Shown one piece after another: positions 22,090 through 31,441 of a stretch of DNA of 64,000 nucleotides. Every line of letters begins with the position of its first letter. Positions within the stretch are counted from its first letter, which is position 1. This DNA is from a virus. The stretch is taken from the IMG/VR virus record IMGVR_UViG_3300042301_004349, positions 96,001 to 160,000 of that record, one strand, 5' to 3'. A program made the position numbers and the translations under genes. The notes below the pieces were generated by a model, which did no database searches, was not told where the DNA came from, and worked only from the letters and a program-made list of their open reading frames with translations.

Positions 22090-22218
22090 TTATCTACCTT
22101 GTCCTCTATATTTTTTTGGTTTTTGTTCTGTTGGGCCATAACCTTTTTTTGCTTTACCCGTTGTTTTTTTACCAAATGAAATCTTTTGAGAAGAAGATGA
22201 TGATTTTGCCTTTGCCAT
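22090..22218 (-). CDS. 42-aa basic microprotein ending KKYRGQGR; absent from ORF track
   Basis: MAKAKSSSSSQKISFGKKTTGKAKKGYGPTEQKPKKYRGQGR*; ATG overlaps upstream TAA and the ORF fills the gap. Confidence 0.8.
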   Translation of the reverse strand: MAKAKSSSSSQKISFGKKTTGKAKKGYGPTEQKPKKYRGQGR

Positions 22219-23378
22219 TATTGGTTTAAGTTTTTAATTTTGTTATTAAGTTGATTAACCATTTCTGAGATATTAGCAACATTCTTTTGGGTTGCTTTCC
22301 AATATTTAATTCCTTCTTCCCCTTCACTTAATTCTTGTTTCATACGAGATGTATATTCAACAATACGATCAATTTCAGCTAATTTACGTTTTACTTCACG
22401 GATAGCTTTATGTAATTGTTCAGATTTAGTTCTATATGTTACTTCTTTTTTGAACTTACCATAGGATACTTCATTAAGTACTCCTTGTTCAATAATATCG
22501 TTTAATTTCATTTCGTATATTTTTTTATAATCAAACATTTTTGAGTTTTTTGGTAGTGTTAAATCTGCTACTGTCCAACCCATTTTCTTTAAAAATTTTA
22601 CTGCTCTATTTTCACCTTTTTTCTTCCCAAAAGCACGAGGTGTAGCATAATTTTCACCTGATCCTGCACTAAAAGAAGCACCACTACCAGTTACATTTTC
22701 CTCGTTCATTATTTCACGAGCGTATGCTTTAATAGCTGATTTTAATGCTGCTCTTTTTTCTTCATCTAGTCCTTCTCTTCTTATTAAATTTATATTTTGT
22801 GTAAAAAGTTGGGTATGAGATTTAAATATATCAATAGTTGATTTCATTACTTTATAAAGTATTTCAACCCCTTTGATAATTGGTTGTATCCATCCTAAAT
22901 AAGAACTCCAATCTGTAAAGGTAGAAATAAGCTTGTCTAACCCTGCTTCAGATATATATTTTTTAATAAAATCTTCAATTGAAGTTGGTATAACACTACG
23001 CATCTTATCTATCACATATGTAGCAATAGATGCAATTCCTGTAGCTGCTAAAAGTTTCTTCCACCCTTCAAGACTAGTAATTCGAGCTACTATATCATTG
23101 ATAGAAGTAACTAAATTATTTAATCCTTTTTCATTTAAAAAGTTTGTTAAGAGTCTTAATGTGCCTGTTCTAAATCTATACCAAATATCATCTGCAAAAC
23201 GATGTAATATTCTTGAATTTTGGATTACCTGCCACATAACAGCAGCAGCATCTTTCCAATCATTAATTTTAGTAATTACATCATCATATTTGTCTTGAGC
23301 ATATGCTTTCACACTATCCAAGAATGCTTCTTGTAATAGTTGTTCTTGTAAAAGTTTATTTTCTATGCTCAATTCCAT
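22218..23378 (-). CDS. Multi-module head-region protein (386 aa)
   Basis: Internal tag-like segments LKSAIKAYAREIMNEE and MKLNDIIEQGVLNE; C-terminal coiled coil. Confidence 0.75.
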   Translation of the reverse strand: MELSIENKLLQEQLLQEAFLDSVKAYAQDKYDDVITKINDWKDAAAVMWQVIQNSRILHRFADDIWYRFRTGTLRLLTNFLNEKGLNNLVTSINDIVARITSLEGWKKLLAATGIASIATYVIDKMRSVIPTSIEDFIKKYISEAGLDKLISTFTDWSSYLGWIQPIIKGVEILYKVMKSTIDIFKSHTQLFTQNINLIRREGLDEEKRAALKSAIKAYAREIMNEENVTGSGASFSAGSGENYATPRAFGKKKGENRAVKFLKKMGWTVADLTLPKNSKMFDYKKIYEMKLNDIIEQGVLNEVSYGKFKKEVTYRTKSEQLHKAIREVKRKLAEIDRIVEYTSRMKQELSEGEEGIKYWKATQKNVANISEMVNQLNNKIKNLNQ

Positions 23379-24070
23379 TATTTGTATCCTAACTTAGTTA
23401 ATACTTTTTCAACTTCGCTACGTACAGTAGATTTACTAATTTTACCTGGTTCAAATCCTAAAGTTTTAAACCAAGCTTCAAAAGCTCCAGGAAATTCCTG
23501 AATGCTGTTAATATTTTTGGATTTATTAGCTACAGTAGTTGCAGATGATTGAGCTCTATTTAAAGCAGCAACATCTGAAGGTATGTTAGATGATTTTTCA
23601 GGAGCTGTTGCTTCTTCATTTAAATTCTTACCTAACTCATCTACTATTTGATAAACAATAGATTGTTGTGCTTTTAAATATCCTGCTTCTGCTTCAACAG
23701 CCTCATCATATCCTCTATATGTGCTTCCCTCTTGTCTACCTATAATAAGAGAAAGACCATTTGGTTGAATACTAATAGTGCTTTGAGTACTGTTTTTATC
23801 AGCTGTATTTACTCCTTTTGATAATGAACTGTTTCTATTACCAGCAAATTCTTTTGCTAATTCTACTAATGCTTTAGCTTCTTCAGTAGAAAGAGTTACT
23901 TCATTCTCACTCCAACCACCACCTAATACACTAAGGGTTATTTGATTATTACCCTCTTTACTAGTACCTTTTTGAATATTTAAAGTATCAACAGCTTCGT
24001 CTAGTTTAGATTCAGTTATTAAACCAGCTAATTGCTGCATTCTTCTAATTTCGTTAATTTGTGTTTTCAT
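23378..24070 (-). CDS. Putative internal head protein with N-terminal RMQQLAGLITE tag
   Basis: 230 aa; N-terminus matches the scaffold C-terminus. Confidence 0.75.
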   Translation of the reverse strand: MKTQINEIRRMQQLAGLITESKLDEAVDTLNIQKGTSKEGNNQITLSVLGGGWSENEVTLSTEEAKALVELAKEFAGNRNSSLSKGVNTADKNSTQSTISIQPNGLSLIIGRQEGSTYRGYDEAVEAEAGYLKAQQSIVYQIVDELGKNLNEEATAPEKSSNIPSDVAALNRAQSSATTVANKSKNINSIQEFPGAFEAWFKTLGFEPGKISKSTVRSEVEKVLTKLGYK

Positions 24071-24071
24071 T

Positions 24072-24926
24072 TTATTTAACAGATTTTAATTCGGCTACTA
24101 ATTGATGATAAGTTAAAAGTGTAATGATGTCTTCATCTTTTACACTTTGATTTTTGTCTAAAGGTTTAATTAAATTAACTACTTCATTGATTTTAATCTT
24201 GATAGTATTATCTTCAACCTTTTCAACTAATTTAATTAATTGTTTTTTAATTCCGTCTATGTTGTTATTAACAAAATCTTTTAATTTTGTAGTACTAGAC
24301 ACGTTATTGATAAATTCTTTTAGTACTAATTTTTGATCATTAGTTAAATCGCCATATTTCTCATTGAATTTTTCAATAAGCATTTTGTAAGCTAAAATAC
24401 GAGTGCTCTTATCCATTGCACTATATTCTTCCATTACACGGTCCTTAACTTCTTCTTTATTTATCTCTTTACGAGTAATATGCTCAAGTAAAGTTACTTT
24501 ATTATCAATAACATTAGCTGGGTCTACAAATTCTAATGTAGAATAAGCTTCCATTAGTGTATAAACAGCAGCGTGTTGTTTGTAGTTATTTACTTTTGCT
24601 TTGAAGAATTCTTCTAAATTATAGTGTGACTTAATTTCTTTAATTAAGTTATACTTTTCTTTACGAAGAGCCGTACGATTTAAACGGGAATGAATTTCTA
24701 AGGTAGTATTAATTAGCGATTCAGCTTTACCTTCAGAAATAGCTTTATTAGCAGTTAATGTTTGGTATAATTTATATTCCTTAGCTAATTCAGATTTGCT
24801 AAAATACTTTTTAATTAATGGTAAAGATGCGGAATCCTTACCAGAAATAGTGTCGGATGTTACTTGTCTCAATAAGAGTTCAAATAAAATTCCAGTATTT
24901 TTGTATTTGTTATGTTTTATTTTCAT
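24072..24926 (-). CDS. Helical protein downstream of portal, function unknown
   Basis: 284 aa, MKIKHNKYKNTGILFELL; own upstream motif. Confidence 0.75.
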   Translation of the reverse strand: MKIKHNKYKNTGILFELLLRQVTSDTISGKDSASLPLIKKYFSKSELAKEYKLYQTLTANKAISEGKAESLINTTLEIHSRLNRTALRKEKYNLIKEIKSHYNLEEFFKAKVNNYKQHAAVYTLMEAYSTLEFVDPANVIDNKVTLLEHITRKEINKEEVKDRVMEEYSAMDKSTRILAYKMLIEKFNEKYGDLTNDQKLVLKEFINNVSSTTKLKDFVNNNIDGIKKQLIKLVEKVEDNTIKIKINEVVNLIKPLDKNQSVKDEDIITLLTYHQLVAELKSVK

Positions 24927-24957
24927 AAAAAGTATATAATCACTGCGTATAAATATG

Positions 24958-26820
24958 TTATTTTTCTATACCCTTGATGTTATCTTCATTTAATAAATTA
25001 GATTCTACAGGTTTTGTATTCTCGTATAATGTTATCTTTTTCTGTTCAGCAGCTTCTTTAGCTTTTTTCAATTCAGATAATGCTAGTGGTGAACCACCCT
25101 TATACGCTGTTTGCATTGGGTTTTTATCCTGGTTAGCAGTCATATTGTATTCCTTACTACCAATTGGGTCTTTACCAAATGAACTTTTCTGAGTGCCGAA
25201 TATAGATGCTTTTTGTGTTGGGCGACCAACTGGATCTTTTTCATCATATCCTATTGGTACAGCACCTTGTCCACTTCTACCCTTACCATATAGTGAAGCT
25301 AAGTCATGTGGTGTACCGAATGATCTACCTGTTTTAGCTGGGTCATTACCTTCATTTTCAACTTGTTGAAGTCTAAATGCACGTTTTTTATCCTCTAATA
25401 CTAAATCACGATATTCATCTATTTGATCATCACTAAATTGGAATATTCTATCGTATATAAAATCAGATGGGATAATACCTGTATCAAGAGCATCTTTAGC
25501 TAATGATACTTTTTCCTTCCACATTGCTACCTGTTCTTGTTGGTAGATGATTGAAGGAGGTGTTAATGATAATTCAAAGCTTGTTAATGAATCACCATCA
25601 AATCCTTGTGTATATAAGTGTACTAATGCAATTTTATGCAATTCAGATACAATTACTTTTTGGATACGTTCAATTGTACGAGCAAATCGAATATCTTCAG
25701 CAGCTAATGTAGCCTTACCAGTTAAATCTTTTTCAAATCCAAAGAATGCTTTAGGTACCTTAAGAGCAGCTAACATTTCATCACGTAAGAAGTTTACATC
25801 CTCAATACCGTTGTATTCTAAACCTTTTAAGGTATCAATTTTAGTATTTTGGTTTGCACCCCTAACTGGTATAATAAAATCTTCAAGTGAATTTTGAATA
25901 TTGAAACGTAAATTATATTCACCTGTTTGAGCATCCATGAATGGAGTCTTCTTCATTTTATTGGTGATACGCTCCATGTAGTTATCAACTTCATGAGCTG
26001 GTATTCCACCTACGTCTACATAAAAAATACGTTTTTCTGGAGATCTCATAATACGATGTATTAACATCGCATCTTTCATTAATGTATATTGCTTGTAAAC
26101 CTTACGAGCTGGTTCAATAAATGAACGTCCATAAGGAAGATAATTAGCATCAGCATATAATCTAAAGTGAGCAACTTCATAGTTTTCAAAGCGCTTCTTC
26201 ATATTACTTTTATCCATATGAAGCGTACTTGCTAATGCATTTGGATCATATTCATAATAAACCTCAAATGGGTTTTCAGGATTTAAACCTTCTCTTCTAG
26301 CTAACTCATATGATGATAAAGGCATAACATTATATACCCCCATTTCACTATTAATTTCTAAGAATAAGTAAAAATCACCGTATTTACACATTTGGCGAGT
26401 CCAGGGCCAAAGATTAAATTCGATATTTAATATATCATAAAATAAATTATAAAGTACTCTTTGTACTTTTTCATCTGAAGAACGTATTTGTAATACTTCT
26501 CCAGCTTCATTTTTTAATGTAGTTTCATCAGCAACAATATCAAGAGCAGAAGCAATAATCGATTCTGAATCCATTGCTTCGTAATCATTGTATAATTGTG
26601 TTCTTAATGTCTGATAGTTAATAGCAGGATTGAACATAGCTGACATGCTAGTTCTATGTAAACGTGTAAAACGGTCTACTAAGCTATTTGTTTGTACACT
26701 TCCATAGGCTTGAACACGATCCGTGTCTACCACTTTTAATTGATTTCCACCAATGTTTCTTACGATAACATCAGTTGAAAATAATCTTCTTAGCCTTGAA
26801 AATAAATCTGTATTAGCCAT
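24958..26820 (-). CDS. Portal protein, T4 gp20-like
   Basis: DAMLIHRIMRSPEKRIFYVDVG, EDFIIPVRG, IDTLKG, IEDVNF...ALKVPK, EDIRFARTIERIQ. Confidence 0.95.
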   Translation of the reverse strand: MANTDLFSRLRRLFSTDVIVRNIGGNQLKVVDTDRVQAYGSVQTNSLVDRFTRLHRTSMSAMFNPAINYQTLRTQLYNDYEAMDSESIIASALDIVADETTLKNEAGEVLQIRSSDEKVQRVLYNLFYDILNIEFNLWPWTRQMCKYGDFYLFLEINSEMGVYNVMPLSSYELARREGLNPENPFEVYYEYDPNALASTLHMDKSNMKKRFENYEVAHFRLYADANYLPYGRSFIEPARKVYKQYTLMKDAMLIHRIMRSPEKRIFYVDVGGIPAHEVDNYMERITNKMKKTPFMDAQTGEYNLRFNIQNSLEDFIIPVRGANQNTKIDTLKGLEYNGIEDVNFLRDEMLAALKVPKAFFGFEKDLTGKATLAAEDIRFARTIERIQKVIVSELHKIALVHLYTQGFDGDSLTSFELSLTPPSIIYQQEQVAMWKEKVSLAKDALDTGIIPSDFIYDRIFQFSDDQIDEYRDLVLEDKKRAFRLQQVENEGNDPAKTGRSFGTPHDLASLYGKGRSGQGAVPIGYDEKDPVGRPTQKASIFGTQKSSFGKDPIGSKEYNMTANQDKNPMQTAYKGGSPLALSELKKAKEAAEQKKITLYENTKPVESNLLNEDNIKGIEK

Positions 26821-26853
26821 TTGCTTATTTTAGTATGTATAATAATAAATATT

Positions 26854-28431
26854 CTAACCCAACAACCATCGTGTATCTTCTACATTTCCACGACCATCAT
26901 CTATTTTGTATGGGTTGCCACCAGATATCCACTGCCCACCCCCATACATTTGATCTCCAGTTTTTCTAAAGTTTAATAAACTAGAAACCGCTAAATCACG
27001 ACCTATTTGCGCAAATCTGGATGCTGTGTCTCTAATAAACAGACCCATTGATAATGATAATACTAAATCATCATTGTACCCATTTTGTGCTTGTCCCTTA
27101 CCGTGCATCCATATAAACACTCTTAATTCTTCAAGTAAGCGTTTCGAATGAAAGGTAAATGATTTGTCTCGAAGGTACGACTCCATTTTTGAGATAACAA
27201 GTGGTCTTGTCTTTGCTGATGTAGTAAATCCAGGAACTGTTTGCCCTGAGTCTAATTTTGATAGATATTTGTCAGCACTTAATTCACCATATGAACGAGG
27301 TGAATAGTATAAATTAGCGTATTCACGGTCTATAATAGTATTTACAACATCCCAACCAATATTAGCATTTTCCACCACTAAAAGCGCATTATTATATTCA
27401 GTAGCAACTGATACTAACATGTTTCCATATTCACGTGTGCCTATTTGAGATTTAAATTCAGCCACTTGTTGACATGCTTCAAGATCAATAACTTGGAATG
27501 CAGAATAGTCACTTCCATCACCTCGGGCCACGTCAGCCGATACAATATAATTTTTATTATAATCCGGGTATTGCCATATCCAAAAATCACCACCCATGAA
27601 TCGACGTTCAACAGGGTCCATTATAAACCCATCATAATATTCTAATGTTTCTGGGTCAATTACTGTTGCTCCAGATCCTAAAAAGTCACAATCATATTCC
27701 TGCGCGAAATCTCTTGCAGTCATATTTTCTTTTTCATTCTTAACCCAAGCAGCATCTCTATCAGGGTGAACATCCCATTTTAGTTGGATAGGAACAAAAC
27801 TATTTTTACTTAATTCTGCTTCAACCCAAGTTTTATGGAACCAGTTACCTACACCGTTTGGTGAAGATAATGCTACGCAACCACCCCCTGTTGAAATGGT
27901 AGGTTTAATCGCGGTATAAATTTTATCAATACCTTCAATAAAGGCGGCCTCATCCATAATCAACCAAGATACAGCAAATGAACGACCAGCATCACTAGAG
28001 GCTGATGTTGCTTTAATAAATGATCCGTTTGATAATTTTAATGAGGTTTGGTTTGATGCTACTGGTTTAGAACCTTTTAACCATGATGGTAAGTTATTAT
28101 ACATGAATTGAACTTTCTCAACCATGTTTTGTGCAGTAAGTTGCTTAGTAGCAATACACAATATTGCTTTGTCTTTATGGAATAACATTAACCACAAAGC
28201 ATAACCAGCACATAATGTAGAAATACCTAACTGACGAGACTTATTAATAATATTGTAATCGTTTGCTCGAAATGATTTTAATACATCTTCCTGGAAAGGG
28301 TATAGATGGAATAAAATTCTGCCTTTAATTGGGTGGGTAATGAAACAATATTTTCTAAAGAAATGGACAGGATCAGAAGCACATTTAATGTATTCCTGTT
28401 TAATTATATCTTTTATATTTTGATCACTCAT
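26854..28431 (-). CDS. terL: Terminase large subunit, T4 gp17-like
   Basis: LYPFQ, KSRQLGIST, LIMDEAAF, SSPNG, FAQEYDCDF, ADVARGDGSDYS, NDDLV. Confidence 0.96.
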   Translation of the reverse strand: MSDQNIKDIIKQEYIKCASDPVHFFRKYCFITHPIKGRILFHLYPFQEDVLKSFRANDYNIINKSRQLGISTLCAGYALWLMLFHKDKAILCIATKQLTAQNMVEKVQFMYNNLPSWLKGSKPVASNQTSLKLSNGSFIKATSASSDAGRSFAVSWLIMDEAAFIEGIDKIYTAIKPTISTGGGCVALSSPNGVGNWFHKTWVEAELSKNSFVPIQLKWDVHPDRDAAWVKNEKENMTARDFAQEYDCDFLGSGATVIDPETLEYYDGFIMDPVERRFMGGDFWIWQYPDYNKNYIVSADVARGDGSDYSAFQVIDLEACQQVAEFKSQIGTREYGNMLVSVATEYNNALLVVENANIGWDVVNTIIDREYANLYYSPRSYGELSADKYLSKLDSGQTVPGFTTSAKTRPLVISKMESYLRDKSFTFHSKRLLEELRVFIWMHGKGQAQNGYNDDLVLSLSMGLFIRDTASRFAQIGRDLAVSSLLNFRKTGDQMYGGGQWISGGNPYKIDDGRGNVEDTRWLLG

Positions 28432-28457
28432 ATATTAATTGTTGTATATAAATATAT

Positions 28458-28484
28458 AAAAGAAACCCCAACTTACGTTGGGGT
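28458..28484 (-). terminator. Intrinsic terminator with GTAA (GNRA) loop
   Basis: Minus strand ACCCCAAC-GTAA-GTTGGGGT-TTCTTTT; second hairpin at 28488-28508. Confidence 0.85.
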
Positions 28485-28527
28485 CGGTCCTACAAGACTA
28501 TTGTAGGAGGGGAGCTTTTATAAATAA

Positions 28528-29223
28528 TTATTTTACTAACATTAAGTAACCTAAACCTCCGATTACTATATAACTTCCTATACGTTGGAATTTAGATTTT
28601 ACTTTTAATTTCTTTAATTGTAAATCTATTTGATTGTATTGATCTTCCCAACCTGCAATTTCTTTATCTTTATTGATTAAGATTGTTTTATACTTATTTT
28701 CTTTATTTTCAAAACCAGTAATAATATTATCTTTAATAACTACTTTTGCTTCTAATGTAGAAATAGTACTATCTTTCAATATAATAATTTCTTTAGTTCC
28801 ATCTAATTCTACTAAATCTTTAGCAGCAGCAACTAATACTGGTTGGGCTACTGGTAGTGGGTTAGTAATTGTGTCTTTAGGATAACGAGTGTTAAATGAA
28901 CTAACTAATTCGTGTTCTGTAAACGTATCAACTTTGTTTTTTTCTACCTCAATAGTTTCAACAATTTTAATTACTTTTGTCTTTTGGTGTTCTATATTAT
29001 ATGTTAATACTTCACTAACTTCATTTAACGAATCAATGACAGCATCATCTTTTTTAATTTCAGCAAATAATGAATCATTTACTTTATGTAAACTATCCAT
29101 TTCAACTAGAAATGCTTTGTGATCAGCATTGCTACTACACTTTTCGAACAATACACCACCTATTGCTATAATAGCTACTACTATAATAACTTTTGGTAAC
29201 CATTTTTTAACTAATAACATCAT
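28528..29223 (-). CDS. Membrane-anchored coiled-coil protein, possible spanin-like lysis protein
   Basis: N-terminal TM segment, long coiled coil, hydrophobic C-terminus. Confidence 0.55.
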   Translation of the reverse strand: MMLLVKKWLPKVIIVVAIIAIGGVLFEKCSSNADHKAFLVEMDSLHKVNDSLFAEIKKDDAVIDSLNEVSEVLTYNIEHQKTKVIKIVETIEVEKNKVDTFTEHELVSSFNTRYPKDTITNPLPVAQPVLVAAAKDLVELDGTKEIIILKDSTISTLEAKVVIKDNIITGFENKENKYKTILINKDKEIAGWEDQYNQIDLQLKKLKVKSKFQRIGSYIVIGGLGYLMLVK

Positions 29224-29227
29224 ATCT

Positions 29228-30388
29228 TTATTTTTTTATTCCTGCGTAATATTGCATTCTGTGTTTAAATGCACTTTCATTTAAATTATCCATTTCATCT
29301 TCATCCTCAAGTGGATTTTCGATTGGTGGTGTTGGGATGTATTCTTTACCTGCTTTTTTAGCAATATCTTTTTGCAAATATTCTGATTTAGCAACTAAAG
29401 CATCAATTCTTTGTTCTAAGCTTGCTTTTAAGTCAGTTAAACCCTTAATTTCTCTAGCGGTACTACCTACGTCATTAATGTCGCCAGGTGTACTTCTATA
29501 TCTTTTAGTTTTTAATAGATTAGATTTAACACTTCTTAAACGATCAGATAATTTTGAATATTCCATCCAATCTTGATAATCTTCATCTGAAATAGTTGAT
29601 GCAGATTTTGATTTTGTTGCTGTTGCCATTTCAGGTTCTGGTTCTTCTCCTGATGCTTTTGCTGCTGCAAATGCTGCTTCTACTTCTTCATCTGACATAT
29701 CTTCTTGTCCTGATATTCCTAGTGATGTTAACTCACGTGGAGTGAACATATTGCCTAAGTCTCTTCTACCTCTTGGGTTATAAAATAATTCCTCATCCCC
29801 CGTTGCTGTTGCAGACGGAGCTGCAGCTGGTCTTGGATTTGTTAGACGAGGTGCTGCTTGTTCAGATGATGAAACAATAACACCAGCATCAACTAATTCC
29901 ATAAAATCTTTATTGATTGGGTTTTGTTTGTTGTAACCCATATCACCAGCTACGTTCATTTTTGATACTGCTGATCCTGCTGCTTGAAGAGCGGCTAATA
30001 TTTTAGCTTTTTTACCTGAGAATCCTGCAATTTGCTCATCAGTAACATCATCTGATAGTTGATAACGAACACCAACATTTGCCATTTCATCCAATTCTGT
30101 TGAAGACATACCTGGTTTAGATAGTTTATTAACTCTAATTTGAGCTGCTTGCATATTTTTATTAATAGCATTTATTTCAGCATCCTTTCCAGGTTTGTCT
30201 GCTGGGGCTACTTGTTGGGTACTTAATTCTTGTCTTTTCTTATTAAGTGCGGCCAATTGTGCTTTTTCAGCAGCCAATGCCATATCTTGTGCTTTTTTAT
30301 CCTCAGCAGCACCTTCTTCAATTACTTCAAGTAATGCTTCACGGATAATATCTTGCAGTTCAGATTTTTTCATAGTATCGTTATTCAT
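29228..30388 (-). CDS. Putative internal head protein tagged at both ends
   Basis: Start moved to 30388 (or 30373); N-terminal MKKSELQDIIREALLEVIEE; C-terminal LNESAFKHRMQYYAGIKK. Confidence 0.75.
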   Translation of the reverse strand: MNNDTMKKSELQDIIREALLEVIEEGAAEDKKAQDMALAAEKAQLAALNKKRQELSTQQVAPADKPGKDAEINAINKNMQAAQIRVNKLSKPGMSSTELDEMANVGVRYQLSDDVTDEQIAGFSGKKAKILAALQAAGSAVSKMNVAGDMGYNKQNPINKDFMELVDAGVIVSSSEQAAPRLTNPRPAAAPSATATGDEELFYNPRGRRDLGNMFTPRELTSLGISGQEDMSDEEVEAAFAAAKASGEEPEPEMATATKSKSASTISDEDYQDWMEYSKLSDRLRSVKSNLLKTKRYRSTPGDINDVGSTAREIKGLTDLKASLEQRIDALVAKSEYLQKDIAKKAGKEYIPTPPIENPLEDEDEMDNLNESAFKHRMQYYAGIKK

Positions 30389-30407
30389 AATTTTATACGT
30401 ATAAATA

Positions 30408-30926
30408 TTAAAGATTTTGTAAAATTGTAGCGATACGTTCTTCTGTTGTACCTTCAACCTTAATTAATTTATTAGGTTTATATTCATCTAATGATAATTG
30501 TATAGCTACATCTATTTTTCTACGATATTCTAAATCAGTTTCACGAATACCATTATCTTCCATTTCAACGCCATTGGGAGATACATAAATAACCAAATCA
30601 TAATAACCACGAAGATGCATAGCTGCTTCAACAAATGAACGTTTTTCCCAACCACCAATAGTTTTTGATGATAAAGTAAACGAACACACATCCCATATTG
30701 TACGATCTGTAATAATCTTAGGTTGTAATAATTCACTAGCACGTTCTGCTAGAAATATAAATTGTCCTGGTAGTATAGAATCTGTATTCAAAGGAATACC
30801 TAATCCGCTAAGATATTTACTACGTTCAGTTTGAATAATATAGTCTTTAAATTGTTCTACCTCACCCAATGCTTTGGCTAATGTAGTTTTACCTACAGAC
30901 ATTGTTCCTGCTAATCCTATTCTCAT
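30408..30926 (-). CDS. P-loop nucleotide kinase-like protein (NadR/Ttd14 AAA_28-like)
   Basis: IGLAGTMSVGKTTL, IITDRTIWD, YDLVIY, EDNGIRE, GTTEER. Confidence 0.8.
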   Translation of the reverse strand: MRIGLAGTMSVGKTTLAKALGEVEQFKDYIIQTERSKYLSGLGIPLNTDSILPGQFIFLAERASELLQPKIITDRTIWDVCSFTLSSKTIGGWEKRSFVEAAMHLRGYYDLVIYVSPNGVEMEDNGIRETDLEYRRKIDVAIQLSLDEYKPNKLIKVEGTTEERIATILQNL

Positions 30927-31180
30927 TTTTTATTCCTTTCGTTTATTTTTTTCATCTGACGCGCTACTTTTTTCTGTTGCAGTGCTTCTTTAACCTGTTG
31001 TTTTATACGCTTCTCAGCACCTGGTTTATATTTGATATCTACCTCAATAGGTCCTTTATCAAATTTATCCAAATCATACTTCCATGTTTCGATAGTGTTA
31101 TCATCCTCGTAAACTCTGTTGAATTTACGAGGTTGATCTACTGGTTGTGTTTCTTTAGGTCTACCTCTTCTTTCTTCCAT
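30923..31180 (-). CDS. Small basic protein with AT-hook-like RRGRPK
   Basis: 85 aa; ATGA-coupled to the kinase gene. Confidence 0.7.
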   Translation of the reverse strand: MEERRGRPKETQPVDQPRKFNRVYEDDNTIETWKYDLDKFDKGPIEVDIKYKPGAEKRIKQQVKEALQQKKVARQMKKINERNKK

Positions 31181-31206
31181 ACTTAAATATATGAATTGAA
31201 TCTTGC

Positions 31207-31437
31207 CTAAACTCTAGCACCTGCTGCTTTACCTGCTGCTGTTTTGTGGAATGGTTGACCGTTACCGTCTTTTTTTCGATCATCCCATTGTTCTTTAGTG
31301 AATTGGAAACCAAATAACCAATATTCAGCTAAACGCTTATTACCTTGTGGTATATAAGCGGGACCATCCCAGTTATGCATTTTTCCATCTAGATAGTATA
31401 CTATACTTCCATCTGCTGTTTTAATTCTTCTTGTCAT
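31207..31437 (-). CDS. Hypothetical protein with GKxHxxDGPA motif
   Basis: YYLDGKMHNWDGPAYIP...EYWLFG. Confidence 0.7.
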   Translation of the reverse strand: MTRRIKTADGSIVYYLDGKMHNWDGPAYIPQGNKRLAEYWLFGFQFTKEQWDDRKKDGNGQPFHKTAAGKAAGARV

Positions 31438-31441
31438 TGTT

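Noticed and set aside
17451-28431. Inteins or introns in terminase, portal or MCP
   Set aside because: Motifs are continuous and lengths ordinary; no intein signatures seen.
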